Shown piece by piece: positions 36,580 to 44,588 of a stretch of 58,258 nucleotides of DNA; position 1 is the stretch's first letter; each line of letters starts with the position of its first letter. The notes below the pieces were generated by a model. That model was not told the origin of the DNA and did no database searches. It saw nothing but the letters and a program-made list of their open reading frames with translations. The DNA comes from a virus. Its lineage: Duplodnaviria > Caudoviricetes. The translations under genes and the position numbers were made by a program. Location of the stretch: positions 1 through 58,258 of the IMG/VR virus record IMGVR_UViG_3300046003_002580; one strand, written 5' to 3'.

Positions 36580-38160
36580 ATGTTAGAAGAAAAAAACATA
36601 CAATCAAAGAAATATCAGTTAGGACAATTTTTTACACCTGTAGATCTTGTTAAAGAAATCCTTGACAATATAAAAGTTGATTCTGATATTATAATTGAAC
36701 CTAGTTTTGGAGGTTGCGGATTTATCGAACCTATGGTTGAACTGTATCCAGAAAAGAAAGTTGTAGGAATTGAGCTTGACACAGAATGGTACGACAAAGG
36801 AGTTGAAAGATTCCCTAACCTAGATCTGTATCATTCTAATTTTTATGACATTGATAAAGAATTAGTTTTTGAAAATAAAAGTGTATCTTTTATTGGTAAC
36901 GTTCCTTTTAGAAGCCCAGCATATAGTTTGACTACACATAAAAAATATGTAAAAGGCCTAGCACACAAATACGGAGTTACTGGTATTAGAGAAGAAGCTG
37001 TATTCTTTATTATAAAGACTGCAGATATTATGATTACCAATAATTATACTGGTGGAATCCATTATATTATTCCAAAAAGTCTAGTTACAAACGATTCTAA
37101 ATTTTATTTACAATTTAAAAACTTCTTGAAGAAGCATTTTAAAATTGTGGCAGTATTTGACGTAGATCCATCTAAGTTTGATAATGTAGCACAGGGTTTG
37201 ATTGTACTTAGTATGCAAATTGGTGGCGACACTACAAACTACAATACTCTCCATAATGGAGTAGCAGAGCCAGTAGACAATGTATTGCAAATGTTATCGC
37301 CCGACATTCCATTCCAACAAATTTTTAAAAAGACATACCTAGGATCAGTACCTGCGGAAAGTTTTCTAATTAGTTCGCCCGGGGAATCCCAAAAAGAATT
37401 TAAAGATAGATTGGTTAGGATTTTTAGTAATCCGGTGACCGCATCATCATTAGCTACAGATTTAACGCACGATAAAAAATTCCACCTAAAAATTCTTAGC
37501 AGTAAAGATCCTATTAAAGTACAATCTAAATTAGAACAAATTGCAGATTATATAAACGAAGTTAAAAAAGTTGTTAAAGATTTATCAATTTTTGCAGATG
37601 ACAAGAATTATAAACCAATTCAGCAGCGTAAGGTAACACGATTTTATTTTAGGAATGTAGCACTGAGAAAATGTAGTTTTGTATACGAACTAAATCCAAA
37701 TCCACAACCTAGTTTTTACTTTACATCTAATCCCTCTAGCGGAAGTACTGACTACTTTGGGTACTGTGAATATGACATTACTAGAAATAGTAGTCCTGGA
37801 TGCTGTAGGACTGTTCCTTTAAAAGATATAGCTGCTAATCTGACAGACGAATTTAAAGTGTATTGGAATGACGCAACTGAGAACGAAGACGGTATTTCTC
37901 TTCCATACGAGTTTGTGTTTAGTTACATAAAGTATGTTTCTGCTCAGCCTTGGTACAAACAACAAAAGCAAATAAGAAAACGTTTTTATTTTTGTCTTCC
38001 TAAACAGTTTATGAAAGAATGGATTTCCTCTTTAAACGCAGAAACAGAAACAACAACTATGGCAGGATTTTTGGCCCTACATAAAGAAGAGCTGGAAATT
38101 ATTGATGTTAAAGAACAAGAGTCAAAAAATAGATTCAACAGGCTATTTGCATCTGGGTAA
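36580..38160 (+). CDS. SAM-dependent DNA adenine methyltransferase-like protein
   Basis: LGQFFTP, IIEPSFGGCGF (motif I), VGIELD, IGNVPF (motif IV variant), YIIP. Confidence 0.75.
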   Translation: MLEEKNIQSKKYQLGQFFTPVDLVKEILDNIKVDSDIIIEPSFGGCGFIEPMVELYPEKKVVGIELDTEWYDKGVERFPNLDLYHSNFYDIDKELVFENKSVSFIGNVPFRSPAYSLTTHKKYVKGLAHKYGVTGIREEAVFFIIKTADIMITNNYTGGIHYIIPKSLVTNDSKFYLQFKNFLKKHFKIVAVFDVDPSKFDNVAQGLIVLSMQIGGDTTNYNTLHNGVAEPVDNVLQMLSPDIPFQQIFKKTYLGSVPAESFLISSPGESQKEFKDRLVRIFSNPVTASSLATDLTHDKKFHLKILSSKDPIKVQSKLEQIADYINEVKKVVKDLSIFADDKNYKPIQQRKVTRFYFRNVALRKCSFVYELNPNPQPSFYFTSNPSSGSTDYFGYCEYDITRNSSPGCCRTVPLKDIAANLTDEFKVYWNDATENEDGISLPYEFVFSYIKYVSAQPWYKQQKQIRKRFYFCLPKQFMKEWISSLNAETETTTMAGFLALHKEELEIIDVKEQESKNRFNRLFASG

Positions 38161-38180
38161 GTTTTGAGTAAATTGATAGT

Positions 38181-38208
38181 AGAACCCGCTTCGGCGGGTT
38201 TCTTTTTG
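38181..38208 (+). terminator. Intrinsic terminator (copy 2, identical to 36132-36159)
   Basis: Same 28 nt. Confidence 0.9.
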
Positions 38209-38236
38209 GCAAAGTCAACTAATTATCGTGTCGAAG

Positions 38237-38280
38237 TTGTGCGTACACGCACAAGTTTTGTTTGACAGCCTGTGTATAAT
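38237..38280 (+). promoter_or_regulatory. CRP/FNR-family-like operator plus -10 box
   Basis: TTGTGC-GTACAC-GCACAA palindrome centred ~-41.5 relative to TATAAT (38275-38280). Confidence 0.5.
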
Positions 38281-38310
38281 TGTAGGATCATATATCAAAA
38301 AGGAGAAATT

Positions 38311-39210
38311 ATGACAACTACAATTACGATCAAAGACAAGGCAGTGAACAACACTTACCAAAATGTCACAGGTCTAACAGGCGGCACAGGCGATGGTGCT
38401 ACATTCGATGTAACAAAGACCAACGGAACATACTCTGTTGTCCTCGACAGTCTAGCAGCCAGTGCAGGTACTGGTTATCTAGCAGGCGACACAATCACTC
38501 TTGCTGGTACGGCACTAGGTGGCACAGTGGCTAACAACTTGATCGTTACAGTGGCCACAGTTGGTACTGCTGGTAAGATTGCTACCTTTGGTGTAGTAGG
38601 CACAGGTCGTACGGGTGACGGCACCGTTGATATCACTGTAGATGTTACCGGTACCGCAGGCATTGACACTTACACAATGGGTGGTGCTAGCACAGAGTTC
38701 ACTACAACCAAAACTGCCAGCAAAGTAACTTTGGCAAGCAGTTTGATTAGCAACATGGAATTCAATCTTGCTGATCACGAGCGTGTTGTGTTTACAGACA
38801 AGGCCATTGCCTATGATGCCACAGGTCGTGCAGGTGATGTCTATGCATTGTTATCTGCCGCATTGGGTACAGCCGATGTTACCAACGCATACAAAGGTAT
38901 CGGTATCCATCTAGCTGATGCAGGTTGGACCAATAAAGAACTAGCTACAGCATTGTTAGCCACCGATGTTTACAAAACTGATGCAGGTGGCGTTAGCAAT
39001 GAAACATTTATCAAACATGTTTACAAAAATGTCATGGGCACCACGGCTACACTTGCAGAGGTAACAGCCTTGACAAACTGGATGACTGCTAACAACTATA
39101 GTCAAGCAGATGTTTTGGTCACTGCCAGTGAGTTGGCAACATTCGAAACTACCATTGGCTTGGTAGGATTGGCAACCACTGGCATCGAATACACTCCGGT
39201 TGTAGTATAA
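38311..39210 (+). CDS. DUF4214-containing surface/S-layer-like protein
   Basis: GTGYLAGDTITLAGTALGG repeat motif; ERVVFTD-x-AIAYD...VYAL...SNETFIKHVYKNVMG. Confidence 0.7.
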   Translation: MTTTITIKDKAVNNTYQNVTGLTGGTGDGATFDVTKTNGTYSVVLDSLAASAGTGYLAGDTITLAGTALGGTVANNLIVTVATVGTAGKIATFGVVGTGRTGDGTVDITVDVTGTAGIDTYTMGGASTEFTTTKTASKVTLASSLISNMEFNLADHERVVFTDKAIAYDATGRAGDVYALLSAALGTADVTNAYKGIGIHLADAGWTNKELATALLATDVYKTDAGGVSNETFIKHVYKNVMGTTATLAEVTALTNWMTANNYSQADVLVTASELATFETTIGLVGLATTGIEYTPVVV

Positions 39211-39314
39211 TTCCAAAATGGCGTCTTTTGGCGCCATTATATTTGACCTCCCTAGTGAAAACGCTATATACTATCACATGATGGTATACATCATTTAACA
39301 AAGGAAATTAAAAT

Positions 39315-39881
39315 ATGAAAAAATTTGCTCTAGCAACTATCTTGATGGTGGCCGCATTCGGTGCGTCAGCCGCTTCAGTTACCGCAGAATATAACAATGC
39401 CAATGGTGTTGACGGTTCTGCAAATCAACAAGGTTACAACATGTCTGTCAAAGGAAATGTTAGTAAAGGTGTCGATGCTGATGCAGGAATCCAAACTCGT
39501 AGCAACGATAGCACTGGCGGAATCAGCAGCACCCGCTTAGAAGCAGGCCTAACCGGTACAGCTTCTTTGGCTCCTAGCTTGCCATTTGCCGTTTACACAA
39601 GAGTTGCTTCTGGTCAAAAGTTCACTACAACTACTAACTACACCTACTACTCAGTTGAGCCGGGTGTTACAGTACCGTTTGGTGGTTCTGGTCTAACAGC
39701 TCGTGTCGGTTGGAGATATCGTGCAGCCTATGACACAGCTAATGCTGACGAAACAAAGACATGGAGAGCAGGTTTGAGCTATGCAGTAACTAAGCAAGAT
39801 ACTATCGGTGTTCGATACGATCGTATGCGTGGTGACACTAATCAAAATACAGTAGCGGTAAACTACACACGCGGTTTCTAA
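39315..39881 (+). CDS. Outer-membrane beta-barrel (porin-like) protein
   Basis: Signal peptide, alternating strands, C-terminal YTRGF. Confidence 0.8.
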   Translation: MKKFALATILMVAAFGASAASVTAEYNNANGVDGSANQQGYNMSVKGNVSKGVDADAGIQTRSNDSTGGISSTRLEAGLTGTASLAPSLPFAVYTRVASGQKFTTTTNYTYYSVEPGVTVPFGGSGLTARVGWRYRAAYDTANADETKTWRAGLSYAVTKQDTIGVRYDRMRGDTNQNTVAVNYTRGF

Positions 39882-39896
39882 TCAACCGTTGTTTGT

Positions 39897-39922
39897 AAAA
39901 GGGCTCTTCGGAGCCCTTTTTT
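39897..39922 (+). terminator. Intrinsic terminator
   Basis: AAAAGGGCTC-TTCG-GAGCCCTTTTTT. Confidence 0.9.
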
Positions 39923-39925
39923 GTC

Positions 39926-40011
39926 ATTGATTTTAGCTATTGGCGCCATTAAAATATTTTAGCTAAAACCTATGGAAAACCATTGATCTATAGCGTAAAT
40001 AAACATACAAT
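39926..40011 (+). promoter_or_regulatory. ahpCD promoter with candidate OxyR operator
   Basis: ATTG-N7-CTAT-N7-ATTA-N7-TTAG-N7-CTAT upstream of TTGATC-17-TACAAT. Confidence 0.6.
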
Positions 40012-40064
40012 ATAATAACAAGAACACACAGTTCTTATTTCATTTCACACACAAGGAGATTTAA

Positions 40065-40604
40065 ATGAAAACAGTCGGTGATAAATTAGCCCCATTCACA
40101 GTTACAGGTGTTCGTCCAGGACAACCAGAAGATGCATTCTTTGACATTACAGAAAAGTCATTTGAAGGCAAGTGGAAAGTAATTGTTTACTATCCAAAAG
40201 ATTTCACATTCGTTTGTCCCACAGAGATTGTAGCCTACGACAAACTAGCAGGCGATTTTGCTGACCGTGATGCAGTATTGCTCACAGGTTCAACAGACAA
40301 TGAGTTTTGTAAAGTTAGTTGGCAAACAGCCCACGCTGATCTAAAGAAGATTACTCACAACCAATTTGCTGATACACAACGTGGCGAGTTATCATTGATT
40401 GAACAGTTGGGAGTATTCTATGCTCCAGCCGGTGCCGCACTTCGCGCCACATTCATCGTTGATCCAGAGAACGTTATCCAACACGTTACGGTAAACAACT
40501 TGAACGTTGGTCGTAGCCCAGAAGAAACACTTCGTGTATTGGATGCTCTACAAACTGGCGAACTATGTGCTTGTAACCGTACAGTAGGCGGCGAGACACT
40601 ATAA
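40065..40604 (+). CDS. ahpC: Peroxiredoxin (alkyl hydroperoxide reductase C)
   Basis: YPKDFTFVCPTE, GRSPEE, LCACN. Confidence 0.95.
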   Translation: MKTVGDKLAPFTVTGVRPGQPEDAFFDITEKSFEGKWKVIVYYPKDFTFVCPTEIVAYDKLAGDFADRDAVLLTGSTDNEFCKVSWQTAHADLKKITHNQFADTQRGELSLIEQLGVFYAPAGAALRATFIVDPENVIQHVTVNNLNVGRSPEETLRVLDALQTGELCACNRTVGGETL

Positions 40605-41110
40605 TGGCATTCATCGACGCTATCAAAGAAGCGTTGCCAGACTACGCCAAGGACACCAAGTTAAATCTTGATGCTGTCCTGTTGCGTAGCACATTGGATG
40701 CTGATGTGGCTATGGGTTGTGCTATAGCCGCACTCGCCTCAACTGGTAACGGTAAGGTTCTGAGCATCTTGTTAGCAGATGCTCCAGTACACGCAGAGTC
40801 AGCTATGTGTGCCGCTTCAATTATGAGCCAAAACAATACTTGGTACCCCTTTGTTGAAATGGCAGATGATCCAGCATTGAAAGGATTGCCAGCACAGTTG
40901 CGCATGAATGCTATTGCAAGTCATGGCGGAACTACCAAGTCAAACTTTGAAGCATTTAGTTTGGCCGCAAGCATTGTGGGCAAGTGTCACTTCTGTGTAA
41001 AAGCACACTATGAGACATTGAAGACAGAAGGCTACACTGTGGAACAACTTCGTGATATTGGACGAATAGCTAGTGTTATGAATTCGGTAGCCAAAGTTCT
41101 AAACAGTTAA
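40604..41110 (+). CDS. ahpD: Alkyl hydroperoxide reductase D
   Basis: LPDYAKD-x-KLNL, LRMN, SIVGKCHFCVKAH. Confidence 0.92.
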   Translation: MAFIDAIKEALPDYAKDTKLNLDAVLLRSTLDADVAMGCAIAALASTGNGKVLSILLADAPVHAESAMCAASIMSQNNTWYPFVEMADDPALKGLPAQLRMNAIASHGGTTKSNFEAFSLAASIVGKCHFCVKAHYETLKTEGYTVEQLRDIGRIASVMNSVAKVLNS

Positions 41111-41117
41111 TTTGAAC

Positions 41118-41146
41118 TTGACAACCTCCAAACATTCTGTTATACT
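41118..41146 (+). promoter_or_regulatory. sigma70 promoter TTGACA-17-TATACT
   Basis: Consensus match. Confidence 0.8.
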
Positions 41147-41179
41147 AGTTCTATAGTTTAACAAGTTTGGAGGTTTCTT

Positions 41180-41575
41180 TTGACAATGCACTTAGAAGGT
41201 CCGTGGCTTAGTACCACAGGCAAGCGCAAAGGCAGGCAAAAGTTTGCATCAGCTGAACACGCAAGAAAGGCTAGAGAATTGGACGAATCTTGGAAAGAAC
41301 TACAGAAGAAGTGGGCAGTAGAAACTGAGGACAAAAAGCGTAAGCGAGCATTGTCTGCAGAACCTCTCAAAGGTAATTACAGTCTAACCATTCCAGAAGG
41401 CCGTAACACTACTTCTCATCTCAAAAGTGTTGACACTGGCGGTAATGCTCTGTTGAAACCTAATCCAGTTTATACCGGAACCAAAGTCAAAGGCATTGCC
41501 ACAATGCACAAGAGTAATGCGGTACCTGTGTTTTCAGACGAAGAAGCAATTGACATTTCTAAAATGAGGAGATAA
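41180..41575 (+). CDS. Conserved hypothetical phage protein
   Basis: YTG-x3-KGIATMHKSNAVPVFS...ISKMRR; SD GGAGG. Confidence 0.7.
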   Translation: MTMHLEGPWLSTTGKRKGRQKFASAEHARKARELDESWKELQKKWAVETEDKKRKRALSAEPLKGNYSLTIPEGRNTTSHLKSVDTGGNALLKPNPVYTGTKVKGIATMHKSNAVPVFSDEEAIDISKMRR

Positions 41576-41577
41576 TC

Positions 41578-42024
41578 GTGGCACTAACTCAAGAACGTTT
41601 AGCGTATCAGCGTAAATGGCGAACAGAAAATAAAGAACTGTATAACGACCAACAGCGTAGAACTCGTGAAAGTCGAAAGAAAAAAATAAATTCTGATCCT
41701 GCTTATTTTATCAATTACACATTTACCAGTCTTAAGAAAGGAGCAAATGCTCGGGGGTATGCATTTAACCTTAGCAAATCTCAGCTGACTGAACTTATTA
41801 ATTCTAATACTAAATGTGCCTTATCTGGTAGAACATTAGTTATGAAACAACACGATCCTAACAAGGTGTCCATTGACCGAATTAATAACAAGCACGGGTA
41901 TTCGTTAAAGAACTGCCAGACCGTGAGTCAACAAGTTAATAAACATCGCCTTGATTTAGGTGTTTCTGAGTTTGTAGAAATGTGTTGTGATGTTGCTAAA
42001 AATCACGGGTATGTGTTAAAATGA
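41578..42024 (+). CDS. HNH-like endonuclease
   Basis: CALSG...SIDRINN-x2-GY-x3-N...VN. Confidence 0.7.
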   Translation: MALTQERLAYQRKWRTENKELYNDQQRRTRESRKKKINSDPAYFINYTFTSLKKGANARGYAFNLSKSQLTELINSNTKCALSGRTLVMKQHDPNKVSIDRINNKHGYSLKNCQTVSQQVNKHRLDLGVSEFVEMCCDVAKNHGYVLK

Positions 42025-42079
42025 ATCGATAATCACCAGTTTCTCAGGTGATTTTGGTTTTATGGGGTATATATTACAC

Positions 42080-42320
42080 GTTTCGCAAAGAAACTAAGAT
42101 AGTTGGTTAGATGAAAATGTCAAAAGCATGGAAGTTTAGCCCGCGGGTCTTGGCCAATGAGAAACCCGTATTTTCGGGATGCCAAGGGTCGCCAAAGGTA
42201 CCACAAGTTATGAGCTGTGGTGGCTAATGGAGACGACTACACGAAAGTAGGGTTCTTTCAGAGCCTCGTGAAGTTACTCCCTAATGAAATGTTGTAGTAA
42301 TGCAACACCAAATTATAGGA
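42080..42320 (+). ncRNA. Long structured 5' leader, candidate cis-regulatory RNA
   Basis: ~250-nt stretch with multiple hairpins before the SleB-like gene. Confidence 0.45.
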
Positions 42321-42328
42321 GATAAAAT

Positions 42329-42874
42329 ATGGAAAAATTCTTTAGACTGACAGTTTTTGTCGCAGGTCTAGTTGCAGTAATCATGCTGGTGCAGAATATC
42401 ACTGTTACCAAAATGACCAAACTGAGAGAAGCTCAGATGTTGGGCTCACCGGATATCGTTTCGATTAAGACTCGAGAACGACAACTCGAGTGTCTCGCGA
42501 TGAATATCTATCGCGAAGCAGGACACGAATCCTTTGAAGGTAAAGTAGCAGTAGCACAGGTCACTATGAACAGGGCGTCTCATCCCTCGTTTCCAAAAGA
42601 TGTCTGTGGAGTGATCTATCAAAAGTCAGTGATTATGGACAAGGTCATTTGCCAGTTCTCGTGGTATTGTGACACTGCTCATAGGGCTAGACCAGTTAAC
42701 CAGGGTGCATACAATGAAAGTATGGCTGTGGCTAAAAAGGTTTTGCTAGAAGGATTTCGACTTGATGTTATGAAAGAGGCATTGTACTATCATGCCAATT
42801 ATGTTAACCCTCGTTGGAATTTAGAAAAAATTGGATCAATCGGCAATCACATCTTTTACAAAGGAAAGAACTAA
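42329..42874 (+). CDS. Cell wall hydrolase, SleB/Hydrolase_2 family
   Basis: CLAMNIYREA...VAQVTMNR...CQFSW...ALYYHA...IGNHIFY. Confidence 0.93.
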   Translation: MEKFFRLTVFVAGLVAVIMLVQNITVTKMTKLREAQMLGSPDIVSIKTRERQLECLAMNIYREAGHESFEGKVAVAQVTMNRASHPSFPKDVCGVIYQKSVIMDKVICQFSWYCDTAHRARPVNQGAYNESMAVAKKVLLEGFRLDVMKEALYYHANYVNPRWNLEKIGSIGNHIFYKGKN

Positions 42875-42875
42875 A

Positions 42876-43211
42876 ATGATAGACTTTAAGAAATTCAATC
42901 CTGTACCGCATTTTGAAACTCTTGAAGAGTTCAAAAATTGGGCAGTAGCCAAAGTTAGTCATATCTCAGCAGAAACATTTGGATGGCTAGCCGTTATTGT
43001 ATTACATGCCGCAACCATTCCTAGTCTATTTGCTGTAATGAATGGATTGACTGACAAGATGCCCGCAGTGGATCTTGTGCTCCTATGCTGGAGCGGACTA
43101 ACTCTATTGTTTATCAAGGCAGCAGTTCAAAAGGACATGCTCAATGTAGTAACCATTGGGGTTGGCTTCATTATCCAATCGGCAATGATGGCATTAATCT
43201 TCTTCAAGTAA
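42876..43211 (+). CDS. Membrane protein
   Basis: Three hydrophobic helices. Confidence 0.7.
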   Translation: MIDFKKFNPVPHFETLEEFKNWAVAKVSHISAETFGWLAVIVLHAATIPSLFAVMNGLTDKMPAVDLVLLCWSGLTLLFIKAAVQKDMLNVVTIGVGFIIQSAMMALIFFK

Positions 43212-43228
43212 ATTGGCTAAGCACCCGG

Positions 43229-43257
43229 TTGACTTTGAGCAGCCGCGGTGCTATACT
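43229..43257 (+). promoter_or_regulatory. sigma70 promoter TTGACT-17-TATACT
   Basis: Consensus match. Confidence 0.75.
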
Positions 43258-43291
43258 TATTATATCGTTAACACACACAGAAAGGCAAACG

Positions 43292-43420
43292 ATGAAGGCA
43301 TTTGTATTAGGCACAGTTTTTGGGCTGATACTGGCAACTGTTGGTTTCTCCGGCATTGCTCGTATCTTTGATAAAGGCATTGACACAGTTAAAACACAGT
43401 CACAGGAGTTGGCAAAATGA
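43292..43420 (+). CDS. Small membrane-anchored protein (42 aa)
   Basis: SD GAAAGG; MKAFVLGTVFGLILATVG. Confidence 0.6.
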   Translation: MKAFVLGTVFGLILATVGFSGIARIFDKGIDTVKTQSQELAK

Positions 43421-43896
43421 AAAAGGCACTACTTTTAATCCCTATCGTATCTCTCTTTACTGCCTGTTCAGGTATGAAGACCATCGACGACCGCAAGAAC
43501 TATGCACAGCCAGATTGGTATCAAGAATGCCAACAAGCTGGTGTAAAAGGTTACTTCTGGTGGAAGAAAGAGTTCGCTTATGCCTGCGGTGGTGGTGAGT
43601 CAATTCACGCACAGGCAGCTGAAGAACAGATGTACGCTATTGCAATGAACAACTTTGCAAAACGCATCAACTCAGAAGTCAACAGCGAAACCAAGATTGA
43701 CTTTGTCAACGACAAAAAGTCTACCAAGACTTCAATCTCCTATGTTGTTAAAAATACAACTATTCGCGAACACATGAAGACTGAAACTGCACAGTTCACT
43801 ATGCAGGGTCGTCACTATACCTTTGTGCGTCTTGAAATGCCTAAGGAAGTGTTTGACACTTTGATTGCCGAAGCTAAACAAGCCAAGGCACAGTGA
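43417..43896 (+). CDS. Lipoprotein (LPP20-like)
   Basis: Lipobox FTAC, QPDWY. Confidence 0.7.
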   Translation: MKKALLLIPIVSLFTACSGMKTIDDRKNYAQPDWYQECQQAGVKGYFWWKKEFAYACGGGESIHAQAAEEQMYAIAMNNFAKRINSEVNSETKIDFVNDKKSTKTSISYVVKNTTIREHMKTETAQFTMQGRHYTFVRLEMPKEVFDTLIAEAKQAKAQ

Positions 43897-44216
43897 TGAA
43901 AGCAATCGGTCTAGCAATCCTTGCCTTATCGTTGGTTGGCTGTAGTTCTTCTCCAAAGGTTGCAGCCAACAAACCACAATACTGTCATACCAGTCAGAAC
44001 ATTCTGGTCAAGAACGGTGAGACAGTTGACAGTGCGACTCTGTTAGAGTGTACTGATGATCAAATCAGGCGTATGCCAGCGGTCAAGTTAGGAATGGCTT
44101 CTAACTGTGGTTCGTTTAGCTATTGGATGAAATTAGGAGACAAGCATGTTCAGAGGCGCGGTATCAGTTGCCAAAAATTGGACGGTACTTGGGAAGTTAT
44201 TAATACTGTTAACTAG
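43896..44216 (+). CDS. Lipoprotein
   Basis: Lipobox LVGC; C-terminal C-x3-DGTW. Confidence 0.7.
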   Translation: MKAIGLAILALSLVGCSSSPKVAANKPQYCHTSQNILVKNGETVDSATLLECTDDQIRRMPAVKLGMASNCGSFSYWMKLGDKHVQRRGISCQKLDGTWEVINTVN

Positions 44217-44577
44217 CACTCCGGTGTTAGCCACAGATATCAATAACCCTAGGTTCTTCGACTATCGAAGCGGTCCAGCGGTAAGTGAGTTATTAAACAT
44301 TGCCTTTGGTTGGTTTAAGACTCTTGACGACGAACAGAAATCAGCGTATTACCAAAGTATTACTCATGCGGTGATGTATGCTGAAAATGGCCAGAAGGTT
44401 GAATGGCATCAAAGCAATGCCAGCGGCTATAGTGTGCCTGTTATGACTTGGCCTAACGGTAGCGGTTACTGTCGTAGAATCTATATTCAGGCCATTGCCT
44501 ATAACACTGAGCGTACCATGCATCGCACAGCCTGTTTTAGTAATCCGAATACTAAATGGCATTGGGTAAGGGAATAA
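44146..44577 (+). CDS. Secreted 17-kDa surface antigen-like protein
   Basis: NGQKVEW...GYCR...TAC...W. Confidence 0.6.
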   Translation: MFRGAVSVAKNWTVLGKLLILLTSTPVLATDINNPRFFDYRSGPAVSELLNIAFGWFKTLDDEQKSAYYQSITHAVMYAENGQKVEWHQSNASGYSVPVMTWPNGSGYCRRIYIQAIAYNTERTMHRTACFSNPNTKWHWVRE

Positions 44578-44588
44578 ATATTAGCTCA

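Noticed and set aside
42240-42290. Canonical c-di-AMP, glnA or c-di-GMP riboswitch
   Set aside because: Only short segments match; kept as an unclassified structured leader
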